Below are positions 15,409 to 26,502 of a DNA stretch of 64,000 nucleotides, piece by piece (the stretch's first letter is position 1; every line of letters begins with the position of its first letter). Source of the DNA: the human T2T-CHM13v2.0 reference genome, Homo sapiens; NCBI RefSeq assembly GCF_009914755.1, contig NC_060948.1. The stretch is one strand, 5' to 3'. The translations under genes and the position numbers were made by a program. The notes under the pieces were generated by a model. It ran no database searches and was not told where the DNA came from. It saw only the letters and a list, made by a program, of their open reading frames with translations.

Positions 15409-15625
15409 ACAATGAGAACACTTGGACACAGGATGGGGAACATCACACACCAGGGCCTGTCGTGGGATTGGAGATAGGGGGAGGGATAGAATTGGGAGAT
15501 ATTCCTAATGTAAATGATGAGTTAATGGGTGCAGCACACCAACATGGCACATGTATACATACCTACCAAACTTGCACGTTGCGCACATGTACCCTAGAAC
15601 TTCAGGTATTAAAAAAAGTAAATTT

Positions 15626-16400
15626 TATGAAATATCAGAGTTTTCAACTTAATAACTTGTTTCCTCTTTTCCACTCATTGGGTTAACACTTACATGGAAT
15701 GTATTTCTCATCCTGTCATTTTCTGTCTTTTTTTAAATTAGATCTGAAGTGATTCTCTTGAAGACATGACATAGTTGATCTTAATATACATCATGATATA
15801 GTGAGAATTTTTTTTTTTTTTTTCGTTTTGAAGGTTACTTTTGCTGGGTGTGGTATTCTTGCTTAGACTCTTTTTTTCAGTGTTTTAACTATGTCATCCT
15901 GCTCCCATCTTGCCCAAAAAATTTATGTTCATAAATTTACTTGTAATCTTGCAGAAGCATGCATACAAATAACACATCTCTTTTATCTTCTTGCATTCCA
16001 GATTCTCTTCTTGTCTGTGAATTTCAAAATATTGTTTATGTTGTGTCTTATTAGAAATATTTTTGTGTTAATCTTCATTGTTATTTGCTGAGCTTCTTGA
16101 TTTCTTATATTTTTTACTAATGTTGAAGTCCATGTTAGTTTTTTTTTGGTACTTCTACTCTACAATTTTTATTTCTTTTTGTGATCTTTATCTTTGGTGA
16201 ATTCCTTTTTGTTATTTCATTTTTTATCTTTATTCTCATTTTCTCTTTCAGATGGTAATATTGATTTTTAGGGTAATTTTTTTCTTTTAAATATAGATCT
16301 AGACTTCAATTCAAATTATCACAGCTAATTTTTAAAACTCCATCTTTAAATAATTGTTTTCTGTATATTCCTTTTTATGTTTGATTGATCCATATTATCT
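15626..16400 (-). mobile_element. Old L1M fragment, continuing the host sequence past the L1PA
   Basis: T-rich antisense L1-like text such as TTTGCTGGGTGTGGTATTCTTG. Resumes after the right TSD. Confidence 0.55.
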
Positions 16401-19400
16401 TGATGTATTTCAATGTTTGCCTCACTGTCTAGGTGGGGAAGTTATCATGGATGATATTCCAAAATATGTATTTCAAGTTGTTTTCATTCCCCCCATCACT
16501 TTCAGGCACTCTCTTTAATCATGTATTTGGTTACTTTACATAATTAAATATTTCTCAGAGGTTTTGTTCATTTCTATTTATTCTTTTTTTACTATTCTTG
16601 TCTCTATTATTTCAGAAAGCCAGTCTTGAAACTCTGAAATTCTTTCTTCTGCTTAGCCAATTCTGCAGTAATATGTGTGAATAAATTATAAAGTTTTGTA
16701 TTCTGTTTTTCAGCTTTATCACACTGGCCACATTTTCCTCCAGATTGTTTGTTTTATCTGTCAGTTTCTGCAATTTTCCCTTCCTTGCATTGGTTTGCAA
16801 CTTACTTTTGTAGCTCAATGAAGCTTATTTCTATTCACATTCTGAATTCTATTTCTGTCTTCTTAGGTCTTGCTGGAAATGTAGGTTGGTTATTTGGATT
16901 AAATAAGTCACTCTAGCTTTTTTTTTTTTTCCCCAGCAGTTTTGCATTGATTTTGTCTCATCTTTGTAGGCATATATTTGAGGTTGCTGAACTTTGAATG
17001 AAGATTTTTTAATCATATTTTGATGTTCTTGAGTATCTGATTGTGGCATAAGGTGCTTTCATCCAACAGGCTTTGTTCTTGGGAGAAGTTTTTATTTTTT
17101 TATTTTTATTTTTTATATTTTTTGTGGAGGGGTTGGGGGAAGTGCTCAGCTCACAACTCAGAGGCTTCATACTCAGCGGGAATTGTATTGAGCCCCAACT
17201 CTCTTCCCTGTCTCTTTGATATTTGGAGTCTGCCACCCTGTTGGACTAAGTTTCTGCAGCTTCAGCAGAGTGCTAGTGGATATGGAGTTTCTGCCTGTCT
17301 TCACTTATTCATCTCAGTAGCAGGAGCAATGTAGCTGGGATGGGAGTAGGTGCACCTGCTGGAGACTGTGTGCTGTTGCAATAAATGTGGTGTTAGCATG
17401 TGGTAGGATGCTGACCAATGAAGGTTTGAAGCCTTCTTTTTGCCCCCTAAAGAAGAAGTGATTGTTCAGAATGTGGGAGGATACACTGTTCTCTGCACAG
17501 TGTTAGCATAAAGGTAGCAGTGAGTCTTTTTGGCTCTCTGCCCACCAAAGCTTTATCTACAATGGCAGCTGCTGGGTTGGCAGGAGCATACTGCATTCCC
17601 GTTTGCTAGTGGGCCAAGCAAAGCCAAATCTGCCTTTGAAGACATGTGCCAGTAAAGTAATATGAGGAGTTGCCATGTTTTCGAGGGAAAGTGCAGTGTG
17701 GGAAAGAAACATGTGGGCTGCTGCAGTCATAGGGGCTGCCTAGCTGTTGCTCTTCAGGAGTTATATGTGACCTACCAGTGCAGATGGTATGGTATGGGCT
17801 CTCAGTGTGCCTGAGACTGGCCTGTAAGGATCTGGGTGCCTGGGAGAGGCGGTAAACCACGGAGTGCTCAGTTAGACAAGCTTCTGATTTTCAAAGCTAT
17901 ATTACAGTAATTAGGTCCAACACTTCCCTAGGGCAAAACTCTCTTATGTGAAAAAGTTGCTGGTAGAGAAATGGCCATCACTGGCCACACCTTACTACAG
18001 ATGCCCTTGCACCAAACCCTCTGGTCACCACATAAGCTGGCTTGCTGCCCTACCTCTTTGCTGGTTTTCTGAAGGCTGCATCTAAGAGAGATGTAGGTCA
18101 GCAATCCCTCAGTACAGTCAGCCCATGATGAAAGATCTGTGATTTTGGTCAAGTTAGGGGTCAACTGTCTGGTGAGGAGCAGTGGGTAGTTTGTGGGACC
18201 CATGGTGAATGAACTGGCCTCCTCTCCTTGGGTAAACTGCAGCTTGTTTGATGTTTGAATAAGACACTCAGGGTTTTGGATTTTTCACTAGTCTAAGGGT
18301 AGCAAGGAAAGTTCTACTATAGAGGCAGTGGCAGAAATATTTTCAGTCGTTACTGGGGTCCCTGTCCAGGGAGTCGCTAAGTTGCTACTATCTCAATACC
18401 TCTGGCAGTGATTGGCTAGTGGCCCAGGCCTGGAGAACCTGTCCAGTGAGAATATATGAGAACAGGCACTCACATAACAGTATGGCCACTTTTCTGAAGG
18501 GCTGCCTCAGTATGCGAGGTGTCCATTGCCATTCCTAGTCACCTAAGATTTTCCAGTACTTGAAGTTACCACCACTGAATGTTGCTAAACTAAATAATTG
18601 CAGCGTGCCTTTTTTTTTCTGGGTGCTCAATCCCAGGGAGGTATAGACCTCTTTCCAACCCAATAGCACCTATAAGAGGTAGCTGGAATCCCTTGTTGAA
18701 ATTTCTTACTCAGTAAAGAGAACGTAATTGGGGAGCCACTTAAGAAAGCAGTCTAGCAACATTTTCATAGTACGTCTCTGCTGTGCAGAGGTACCACTTC
18801 CATCCACAGTTTATTTGGATTCTCCAAAGCCAGAAGGCTGGAACAGCCAAGTCACACACATAGGAAAAATTGCTGCTCACTCTTCCCTCTAGCAATTATA
18901 TCACAAAGAGGTTTCAAAATTCCATCGACCAAAGATCGTGGTCTTTGATCACAGCTACTACCAGTGGTGGTAGCTGCTCACTCTGGTTAGGAAGTCCTTT
19001 CCAGTTGCAAGAAATGAGATTGGGTACCTGATTTAACAGGCATTCTGGCCATGTCTTTTTAGAGCACCTATACTGTGCTAGGAGATTCTTTATTCCCCAC
19101 GTTAGCTTGGGCTTTTTAAAGCCTGAAGGCTGGAATGCCTAAGTTGCCCAAGCAGCTAAGGTGGTGTCCCACTCGACTTTCTGATAGCTCCATGCCAGGG
19201 AGGTCCAGTGCTGCTACCAATGGGCTGACCAGAATGCTAAGCCAATAAGTCTTACCCTGTGGGGCACTGTGGGCATGGGTCCTAAGACCTAAGACCATGA
19301 CTGGTCAGCCTCATGGATTCTGTCTCTTTTCTATGAATACTTACAGAAGTACAGATTCCTGCTTTACTGGAGTTGCAACTACTTTTTCTGGGAAGCCTGG

Positions 19401-19805
19401 AAAAACTGAGTACCTAAAGTTCTTGAATCTCTGCACAGGCCTCAGCAGCTGATCTCTGAGACTCCACGTAGCTCTGTGTGTTCAACTGAAGGCCTTGATG
19501 AAGCAGGTTCATGAATAGATCTCCTCACCTGAGGGTTGCAAAGATCTGTGGGAGAATCGTGGGTTCCCAGGGTCACACTTATACCCACTGCTTTATTGAG
19601 TGGGAATGTTTTCTTGGTTCCATGTTGTTCCCAGGTGGTTCACTGTCCTGCCTTGCTTTATTCCATTCTCCATAACTTAAGTTGTTTGATTTTTCCCAAT
19701 GCAAGCACCTGGGTGTTTCAGTTGAAGGTGATGTATTTATGCACAACTTGCATTCCTCTCTATGAGAACTACACAGACTAGCTGCTTCTCATCAGCAGTC
19801 TTGAT
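16400..19805 (-). mobile_element. 5' part (5' UTR plus part of ORF1) of an older primate L1 (L1PB/L1PA13-17-like), 3' part missing
   Basis: Antisense ORF1 text GGTGGGGAAGTTATCATGGATGATATTCCAAAATATG. 5'-end motif AGCTGCTTCTCATCAGCAGTCTTG (cf. AAGATGGCCGACTAGAAGCAGC). Tandem ~270-290-bp 5' UTR repeats anchored at 18478, 18749 and 19041. Confidence 0.7.
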
Positions 19806-19829
19806 CACTTTCCTATAACAGGGACCTAG

Positions 19830-21000
19830 TTTTTAATATTAAAATAATTTAATATTTTTCAAAAGCAAATATTGATGTAATTTAACTCTTACATTTGTTG
19901 CTATGTCTTCATATCTAAAATATATGGGAAAGAACATGGACAATTGTTGCTCCACCAGAGTTATGAGAGGTTCTTCCATATTAGATGGACAGATTTATCT
20001 ATTTTGCAATGGAAGACTAAGAAAACTGAAATCTAATATACATGAAAAATTTCTAAGTGAAAAGGGCAAGTACTGGTTGGTTTATAACAGTATCATAGTG
20101 ACAGGATGATAGGAGTGTGGTAAGTGCTCAGGATAATATTATGCATAGTAATAGGAACAATTTGAATTTTAAACAAAAATTGCTTTACCATTTGCAAATT
20201 AAGGTAATTAAAATACAGTGAATTTAAAAATACCTTTTTAATGACAATGTGTGGACTTAATTTTTTTCAAATTAACCAGAATTGTTGTTATTGTGTTAAG
20301 GCTATTTTATATTGAATGTGTGTCTTGCCACTGATGTTATCGTATCTTACTCAAAGCTGTAAGTAACAGATGGTGACAATTTGCTATAGGGTCACAGTGA
20401 AATAACGTCTGTAGTCATTCTTTTGTCAGTGGTCTTTAACTTAAAATAATTTGGAAAATATGGTTTTTACAACTTACATTTATGTTTTTCTTGTAACTAA
20501 AGGTGATTATGATGGCTCTAATGGAGATTATATGAGTATAATGGAGCTACAGTCTTCTGAATTCTGAACAAGTGTTTACAAAATTTTATCCTACTTTTTT
20601 CTATTAAACATATGACTTCTCTGGTCTGCTAAACACATAAAGACCTTTAGCTTTAGTTTACATGAATTTAAATATAAGAGATATATTACTGTAAAATAAA
20701 CTTTAGGTGTGTAACAGATCTATAGCAAGTAATGAGAGTTATTTATGGCTGTGTATCTACTTTGAGAAGGAAAGAAAAATGTTAGAATGCAACAGATAAT
20801 TTTACAAGTGTTGATAACTTATCACCAAATAAAAAACTTCAACAATTTTGAAAGCAAATCTATTTTCTCAGCTTTGTGTTAAACTCATTTATTTAAAATA
20901 TTATTGCTCCTGGCTTAGAAAAATCTTGGGCAAATTCTGCTTTTTATGTTTGTCCCTTTGCCTGTTGCTAACTGTAGACATAATGTATAATTCTCTTTTC
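19830..21000 (+). pseudogene. Probable remnant 3' UTR of a ZNF91-subfamily KRAB zinc-finger gene, with no coding exon
   Basis: AAAGCAAATATTGATGTAATTTAACTCT...CAATTGTTGCTCCACCAGAGTTATGAGAG...AAAATACAGTGAATTTAAAAATACC...CTTTTGTCAGTGGTCTTTAAC resembles ZNF91-family 3' UTRs as I recall them (not searched). AATAAA at 20695 and 20828. Confidence 0.55.
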
Positions 21001-21024
21001 AGAAAATTCCGCAAAACATTCTTT

Positions 21025-21245
21025 GGTGTGGGTGCAGTGGCTGACATCTGAAATCTCAGCACTTTGTGAGGCTGAGACAGGTGGATCACCAGAGACCAGG
21101 GGTTCAACACCAGCCAGGCCAACATACTGAAAGCCCATCTGTACTAAAAATACAAAAATTATCTGGGTGGGTGCGTGTAATCCCAGCTACACAGGAGGCT
21201 GAGGCAGAAGAATCACTTGAAACTGGGAAAGAGAGGTGGCAATGC
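21025..21245 (+). mobile_element. 3'-truncated AluS
   Basis: Left arm, linker TACTAAAAATACAAAAATTA and part of the right arm. No tail. Confidence 0.88.
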
Positions 21246-21726
21246 ACCTTCTGGAGCTGCAGGGTGGGCACTGCGCAGTGGCTTGGTAAAAGGAGGGTGA
21301 GCAGCCTCTCACTGAGGGGATTTCATTGCCCCTTATTCTGATGGGCAAATTGAGCCCCCAAAGCCACAAGCCAAGAGGGGCAAAAGCACTCATCTGAGGC
21401 AAGAACCTTTTTCTTTACAGGCTCCCTTAAGTTTCAGACTTCCCTGGGCTTGCCTGAATCCTCTCTGGGCTTGCCTTTAGAAAAAAGATTCTTCTTCCTT
21501 CTGATTGTAGGCAGAGAAGCAACCAGTCAGTTGTGGTAAGCCCACCCACAGCTTCTTTTGTGGGCCAACCTGGGCCTCTACACTCTACTGGACTGTAAAA
21601 CAGAAATTCTAGAGTCCAGAATTCACATTTTGTTCTAGAACAAGAGTTAAGCACCCAGGCCAGAGCAAAAGTGGGCCTGTTAATTCCGTGGCACAAATCC
21701 CAAATCAGAGAACTGGCTTGACTGTC

Positions 21727-21847
21727 CAGCTACACCCAGGCAGGGTTTGTACTGTTTCAAGTTGGTCCCATTCTCTTCCTGCCTCCTCAGCTACACCCAG
21801 GCAGGGTTTGTACTGTTTCAAACAGGTCCCATTCTCTTCCAGCCTCC
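21727..21847. repeat. 61-bp tandem duplication (2 copies)
   Basis: CAGCTACACCCAGGCAGGGTTTGTACTGTTTCAA...GGTCCCATTCTCTTCC at 21727 and 21788. Confidence 0.92.
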
Positions 21848-22429
21848 CGTAACTTGCCATCTGTATCAGCTGTTTCTCTACCCTCCACACCCTATAATTT
21901 TTGAAATTCCTCTGAAGACTGCCTGAGCCAAACATCAAGGGTCACAGAGCTCTAGCCTACTCAGGCTGTGCCAGGAAGGGAGAGCTCACAACCTACCTTG
22001 ACACTTAAGAGTCATGTACAAATAGTAGCAACTCTAGGAGGAGGACTGTCACATACTCAGATCCTTTTCTGGTCTCCATAACAAAAGATATGTCAGAATG
22101 GCAAGGATAATAATACACAACCCTGGCAGTTCTCCCTTTTAAAGGGCAGCCTCAGCCTGGTCATTCTGAACCACAATTTTAGGGTTTATTTCAGCATGTC
22201 CCACCTTGTAAAATAGTACTGGAGCCCCAGAATGATATGATTGAGTGAAATTCTGGAGAAGGAGCACCTCAGCAGCCTGAATGAACCTATAATAGGAACA
22301 GATCCTACCAGCTAAGAAGCCATCTCATTAACTTAGATATCCATACCAGCAACGTGCACACACATCAGCCCCTTAAATAAAATCCTGTCAATGGAGTGAT
22401 TCAGGTAAAAGCAAAAATTTGTTTATCTA

Positions 22430-23222
22430 GAGTCTCAGGAAGAAGAACCTCTGTTGTCTGAATCAGAATATATGATGGATGCAACTGACAGTGTTAACTT
22501 TACTTGGGGATAGCTGGACATTAACCTTACATTAAAAGTGCTTCTGAGTGTTAAAACTTCCAAGTGACAAAAATCAAATTGTGGCCTGGCTGGGAGCAGT
22601 GGCTAATGCCTGTAATCCCAGAACTTAGTTAGTCCAAGCCAGGTGGATCATCAGAGGTCAGGAGTTCAAGATCAGCCTGACCAACATGGAGAAACCTCTT
22701 CTCTACTAAAAATACAGAGTTCAAGATAAGCCTGACCAACATGGAGAAACCTCTTCTCTACTAAATATACATCAGCCAGAGATTGTGGAACTTGCCTGTA
22801 ATCCCAGCTACATGGGAGGCTGAGACAGGAGAAGATCATGCCATTGCACCCCAGCCTGGTCAACAGAGTGAGATTTTGTCTCAAAGAAAAAAAAAATCTA
22901 GTAGTGGCCAACCTAGAAGTTATTCTTTACCTATGAGGAACGTCTGAGACCCTGGTCTGTCCTATCCTGTGGCATGGAACACGGGCCACACAGAGGATTG
23001 AAGCCCTTTCATTTTTTGTTAAATAAAGGCTGACAGATGAAAGGTTGTTCAGACAAATGTGTTAAATAAAAATACTATACTAACTATAGGCTTTTTGCAA
23101 GTGGCTGTTGTTATCCTACTAAGCCCACTGACACTGGACTTTCTCCACTTTATGTAAGTCCAAAGTAAAACTCCATATCTCATTCACTGGTTCTGAGTCT
23201 ATTCTTTGACATCTTGAACCTC
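22430..23222 (+). mobile_element. MER93-like class I LTR, split by an Alu; left boundary approximate
   Basis: GAGGAACGTCTGAG...GGAACACGGGCCACACAGAGGATTGAAGCCC...GCTTTTTGCAAGTGGCTG...CACTGGACTTTCTCC...TCTTGAACC resembles MER93. Confidence 0.55.
22587..22897 (+). mobile_element. AluS (Sp/Sq-like) with a 55-bp internal duplication and a right-arm deletion
   Basis: GAGTTCAAGA..AGCCTGACCAACATGGAGAAACC occurs at 22662 and 22717. Degenerate TSD AAATCAAATTGTGGCC / AAATCTAGTAGTGGCC. Confidence 0.9.
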
Positions 23223-24084
23223 AAAACTCACCAAAGCATCAGCTATAGATGCAATTGTTCTCTTTACTACTCTCATTCAAGCCTCTTTTTTCAGATGAAC
23301 TTTCAGTGGAATACCAAGAAAGATGAACATGAAACACATCGTGGTCAGATGTAAGATTGATGCCAGAATAGGCAGTGACCACTTTCAAAGCAAAAGGGAG
23401 CATTTTTCTTTCCCCATGAGCAGCTCTCAACTTCTGTCATCATTTTCTGGTTTCAGTAATGGTTACATCCTGGCTCTGGAGGAACCATTGGCCCTGGGTA
23501 ATAAACATCTTCACTTAATCCTGGTGCAAAAAAGCTTTCTTTTGACAAATATGTCCTCTGTGATCACGAGCTTCTAAGCAATCTGGACAATGCCCAAACC
23601 AAAAAAAAAAAAAAAAAAAAACTATGAAAGAGAGATGAGTAGGTGTTAGGGAAACAACTTTCCACTTTTTTCTTTTGGCAAATTCAAACAATTTTGATGG
23701 TAGACAGATGTGCAGAAGAGGACAGCATAGTATAATTCCTCATCACATGAGTTTACAACCAAGAGTTTTCAGTCCTAACTATGAGAGCTCCAGATGAAAA
23801 CCAGAAGTTACTTCACTGTACATCTATTAATGTCTGATTGCACAGCTTTTTTTTATCATACTGAGGAGCCTTCACTGAGTATTTTTCCATTGAACATGTA
23901 GAGATAAACAGGAAAAGATAAAATAACAACTCCATAAATTTATTAAACAAGGTGTAGAAATGTTTATCTTCTCATATTATTACCATTTTCACACACACAT
24001 AATTGCATGTATATCTACCCATAAAGCTGAAATTTTCATAATAAATCTGTTATATGTCAAGTTTAAATTCAAAAAATATTTTTC

Positions 24085-24378
24085 AGTCAGTCGTGGTGGC
24101 TCACACCTGTAACCCTAGTACTTCAGGATCCTGAGGTGGATGGATCACTTGAGGTCAGGGGTTTCAAACCAGCCTGGTGAAACTATGTCTCCACTAAAAA
24201 TCCAAAAAAAAAAAAATTTTTCTGGGGATGGTGGTACATGCCTGTAATGCTACTTGGGAGGCTGAAGCCAGACAAGTTCTTGAATCTGAGATGTGGAGGC
24301 TGCAGTGATCCCAGATTGTGTCACCACACTGCAGGTGGAGTGACACCGCAAGATTCTGTCTCAAAAACAGACAAACAG
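24085..24378 (+). mobile_element. Diverged AluS
   Basis: Dimeric Alu flanked on both sides by AAAAATATTTTT (TSD). Confidence 0.88.
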
Positions 24379-24799
24379 AAAAATATTTTTTCTTTCTTAC
24401 AACAAAAAGACACACATGTGTTCTAGATATGCCCTGGTGGAGTGGAGTGGGTGTGGAGCCTGTCTTTGTAAAGAAGGAAGAAGGGCCAGTACCCAGGATT
24501 ATGTGTGAAGGATGAATTGGCACACAAATAAAGGGGCAGCCAGGCCCTTGGCCTAGCAACACTGAAGCTTACAGGTGGCTTCGGAAAGCAGGATAAATAG
24601 CCCGTGGACTTAATGCTAGATGGCTCTGTAACAATGAAACATCTGCCCAGGGATCTTAGCAATCCTGCTAGAAGGCCCTGACTATACCCTGGATTGGAGA
24701 TACCTGAGGTAGAGTGGCTGCCAGAGAGCCTGAGCAAACACCAGTTTTGACCACTATGGCTGGGTCAATCTAAAATAGCTTATCTCTTCTGATTTACAA

Positions 24800-25320
24800 T
24801 ACAAAATATAGAAAAATAAAGTGAAAAAAGTAAAATCAAGAGAAAAAAATTAAAAAATAAGTTTAAAGTAATTAAAAATAGTAAAGACAAATAAACTGAA
24901 ACAAAATAGAGAAAAATAAAGAGAAATGTAATTAAGATCAGGGAAAGTAAATAAAATGAAGATGAAGAAAATAAATACAATAAAATTAAGAGAAATAAAC
25001 AGAAATGAAACAATTTGCAATAGAATAAAATAAAACTTTATGAATCAGGAGAAAAAATAAAAGTAAAAATAAAGATAAATATGGAGAAATAAAATAAAAT
25101 AATATAAAGGGATAAGAATGGGAGTAAATAAGATAAAAAAGAAATTAAATAAAATGTTTCAAACAAGACACAAATTGGAGAACATTTGAAATGAAGAGAC
25201 AATAATATAAAAAATAAAAGATAGAAACAAATTTAAATGCATAGAAAAAATGAAAGTAAATAAAAAATAAAAAAGAAAAAGAAAAATATATAGAAAAATA
25301 AAAGTTAAAGAGCAAAATAA
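24800..25320. repeat. A-rich low-complexity tract (~520 bp)
   Basis: Degenerate AAAAT/AAAG/AATAA units with almost no C on the + strand. Confidence 0.9.
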
Positions 25321-25610
25321 GACCTGGGGATAATCTACAAAATGTTTCACCCAACAATTGCATAGTACATATTTCTATATACATTTGGCATGTTTTCTTA
25401 GATAGGCAAACTTTTAAGCTAGAATGCAAGTTTTAGCATATTTAAACTGACGGTAATCACAAAAAATATTATTTCTGACTACAATAAAATATAACTGGAA
25501 GTAAAAACCAAAAGAAAACTAGTATATCTGCATATACATGAAACCTAGACAAATTCTTGAGCATACTATTTTTCAAGAGTTAGAATAGGCAAGTTTCTTT
25601 AGATGTTAAT
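25321..25610 (+). mobile_element. Old L1M ORF2 fragment; continues after the HML-5 provirus at 38536
   Basis: CCCAACAATTGCATAGTACATATTTC is EN-like. AGATGTTAAT|GGTATTAGAAATGATCTACAG reads as continuous L1 text across the TSD. Confidence 0.6.
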
Positions 25611-26161
25611 TGTTTGGATTCACTCAGGCCGCTGGCAGAAATATTACAGGGAAGTATTAGGAAAAGTTATAAGGAATAGTAACAAACCTTTTTGGCAGGC
25701 TAAAAGGCTAAAATTATTATATAGCTTGTAATAATTGAACAGGCTGAAGGCAACCTCTTCTTACCTTAAAGCATTAGGTCATAGGGTAAATACTAGGGAC
25801 AACTGAGGCTTCTCCAGTTAAGTCTGTTTACTCTACCTCCACTAACTAAGATGGCTCTCTCCAGGGAGTTCGACCAGAGAAATTGCCCCCAATGGTATTT
25901 ACTTTAGACTGTGGTAACTGAGGTTTAATCATTCACAGAACTATTCTCTTAACAATGTTAATTATCCACAAGTGTGTTTACTCAAAGCTTCTGTGATTAA
26001 TTCTATACTAAATAAATGCCTGGAGGGTGAGTTGCTCAGGGTGGGCCTCCATTCTTTACAGGACTCTCCGTGGAGTCTGGGAGTGGCCTCGGACCCTCTG
26101 CTGCTGGCAAAGCAGGATATCTGTGTGTCAGGTAGTTTATTCACCCATCGCCAGGTCTGCA
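25611..26161 (+). promoter_or_regulatory. HML-5 5' LTR (LTR22B-like), followed by a degenerate tRNA-Met-like PBS (~26164-26181)
   Basis: TG...ATTCACTCAGG...GGCAGAAATATTA start and AATAAA in ACTAAATAAATGCC. The U5 end is ~50 bp shorter than in the 3' LTR. The following TGGAGCCCATTGTGTGAGG compares with TGGTGCCCCGTGTGAGG. Confidence 0.8.
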
Positions 26162-26502
26162 GTTGGAGCCCATTGTGTGAGGCAGTCTGTGAAGGAAGTG
26201 TGAGAACCACCCTCATGAGGAAAGCTGTAGAGGAAGAGTGAGGAATGCGACAGACTCCCTGAAAGCAAAGGTGGAAAAAGAATTCACGTGGTGAAGTCAG
26301 TGACTAATCAGTAAGTCATTGGTGCCCACTCGAGGTTACCAAGTTCTGGGAGAAGTTGGGTCAAGCTGAGGTATTCTCATGGGACAACATTTATCAGCTC
26401 AACAGAAACAGTATATAAAAGTGTTGAAACAGTTGCTTAAGGCTAGTGGAGCATCAGTTTTGCAGGCTCAATTAGGGGACATAATGCAAACTGTTGTAAT
26501 CC

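Larger units (their letters stand above)
9498..15614 (+). mobile_element. Full-length LINE-1 (L1PA5/L1PA6-like), inactivated
   Basis: 5' UTR begins GGGGCGGTTCCAAG-TGGCCGAATAGGAACAGCTCC, followed by ORF1, ORF2, a G-rich 3' UTR and a short A tail. TSD is AAAGAAAATTT (9487-9497) / AAAGTAAATTT (15615-15625) at a TT/AAAG endonuclease site. Confidence 0.95.

Noticed and set aside
9498-15614. Retrotransposition-competent L1
   Set aside because: Both ORFs carry multiple stops and frameshifts, and the subfamily is old.
15099-15686. 195-aa ORF extending past the L1 end
   Set aside because: It is the ORF2 C-terminus frameshifted into the 3' UTR and flank, with no evidence of an independent gene.
23515-23595. 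B-box-like peptide HCPDCLEARDHRGHIC suggesting a TRIM pseudogene
   Set aside because: Too short, followed by stops, and with no RING, coiled-coil or SPRY similarity nearby.
24780-25429. Hydrophobic membrane-protein-like ORFs on the minus strand
   Set aside because: Artefact of the T-rich strand of a low-complexity tract.
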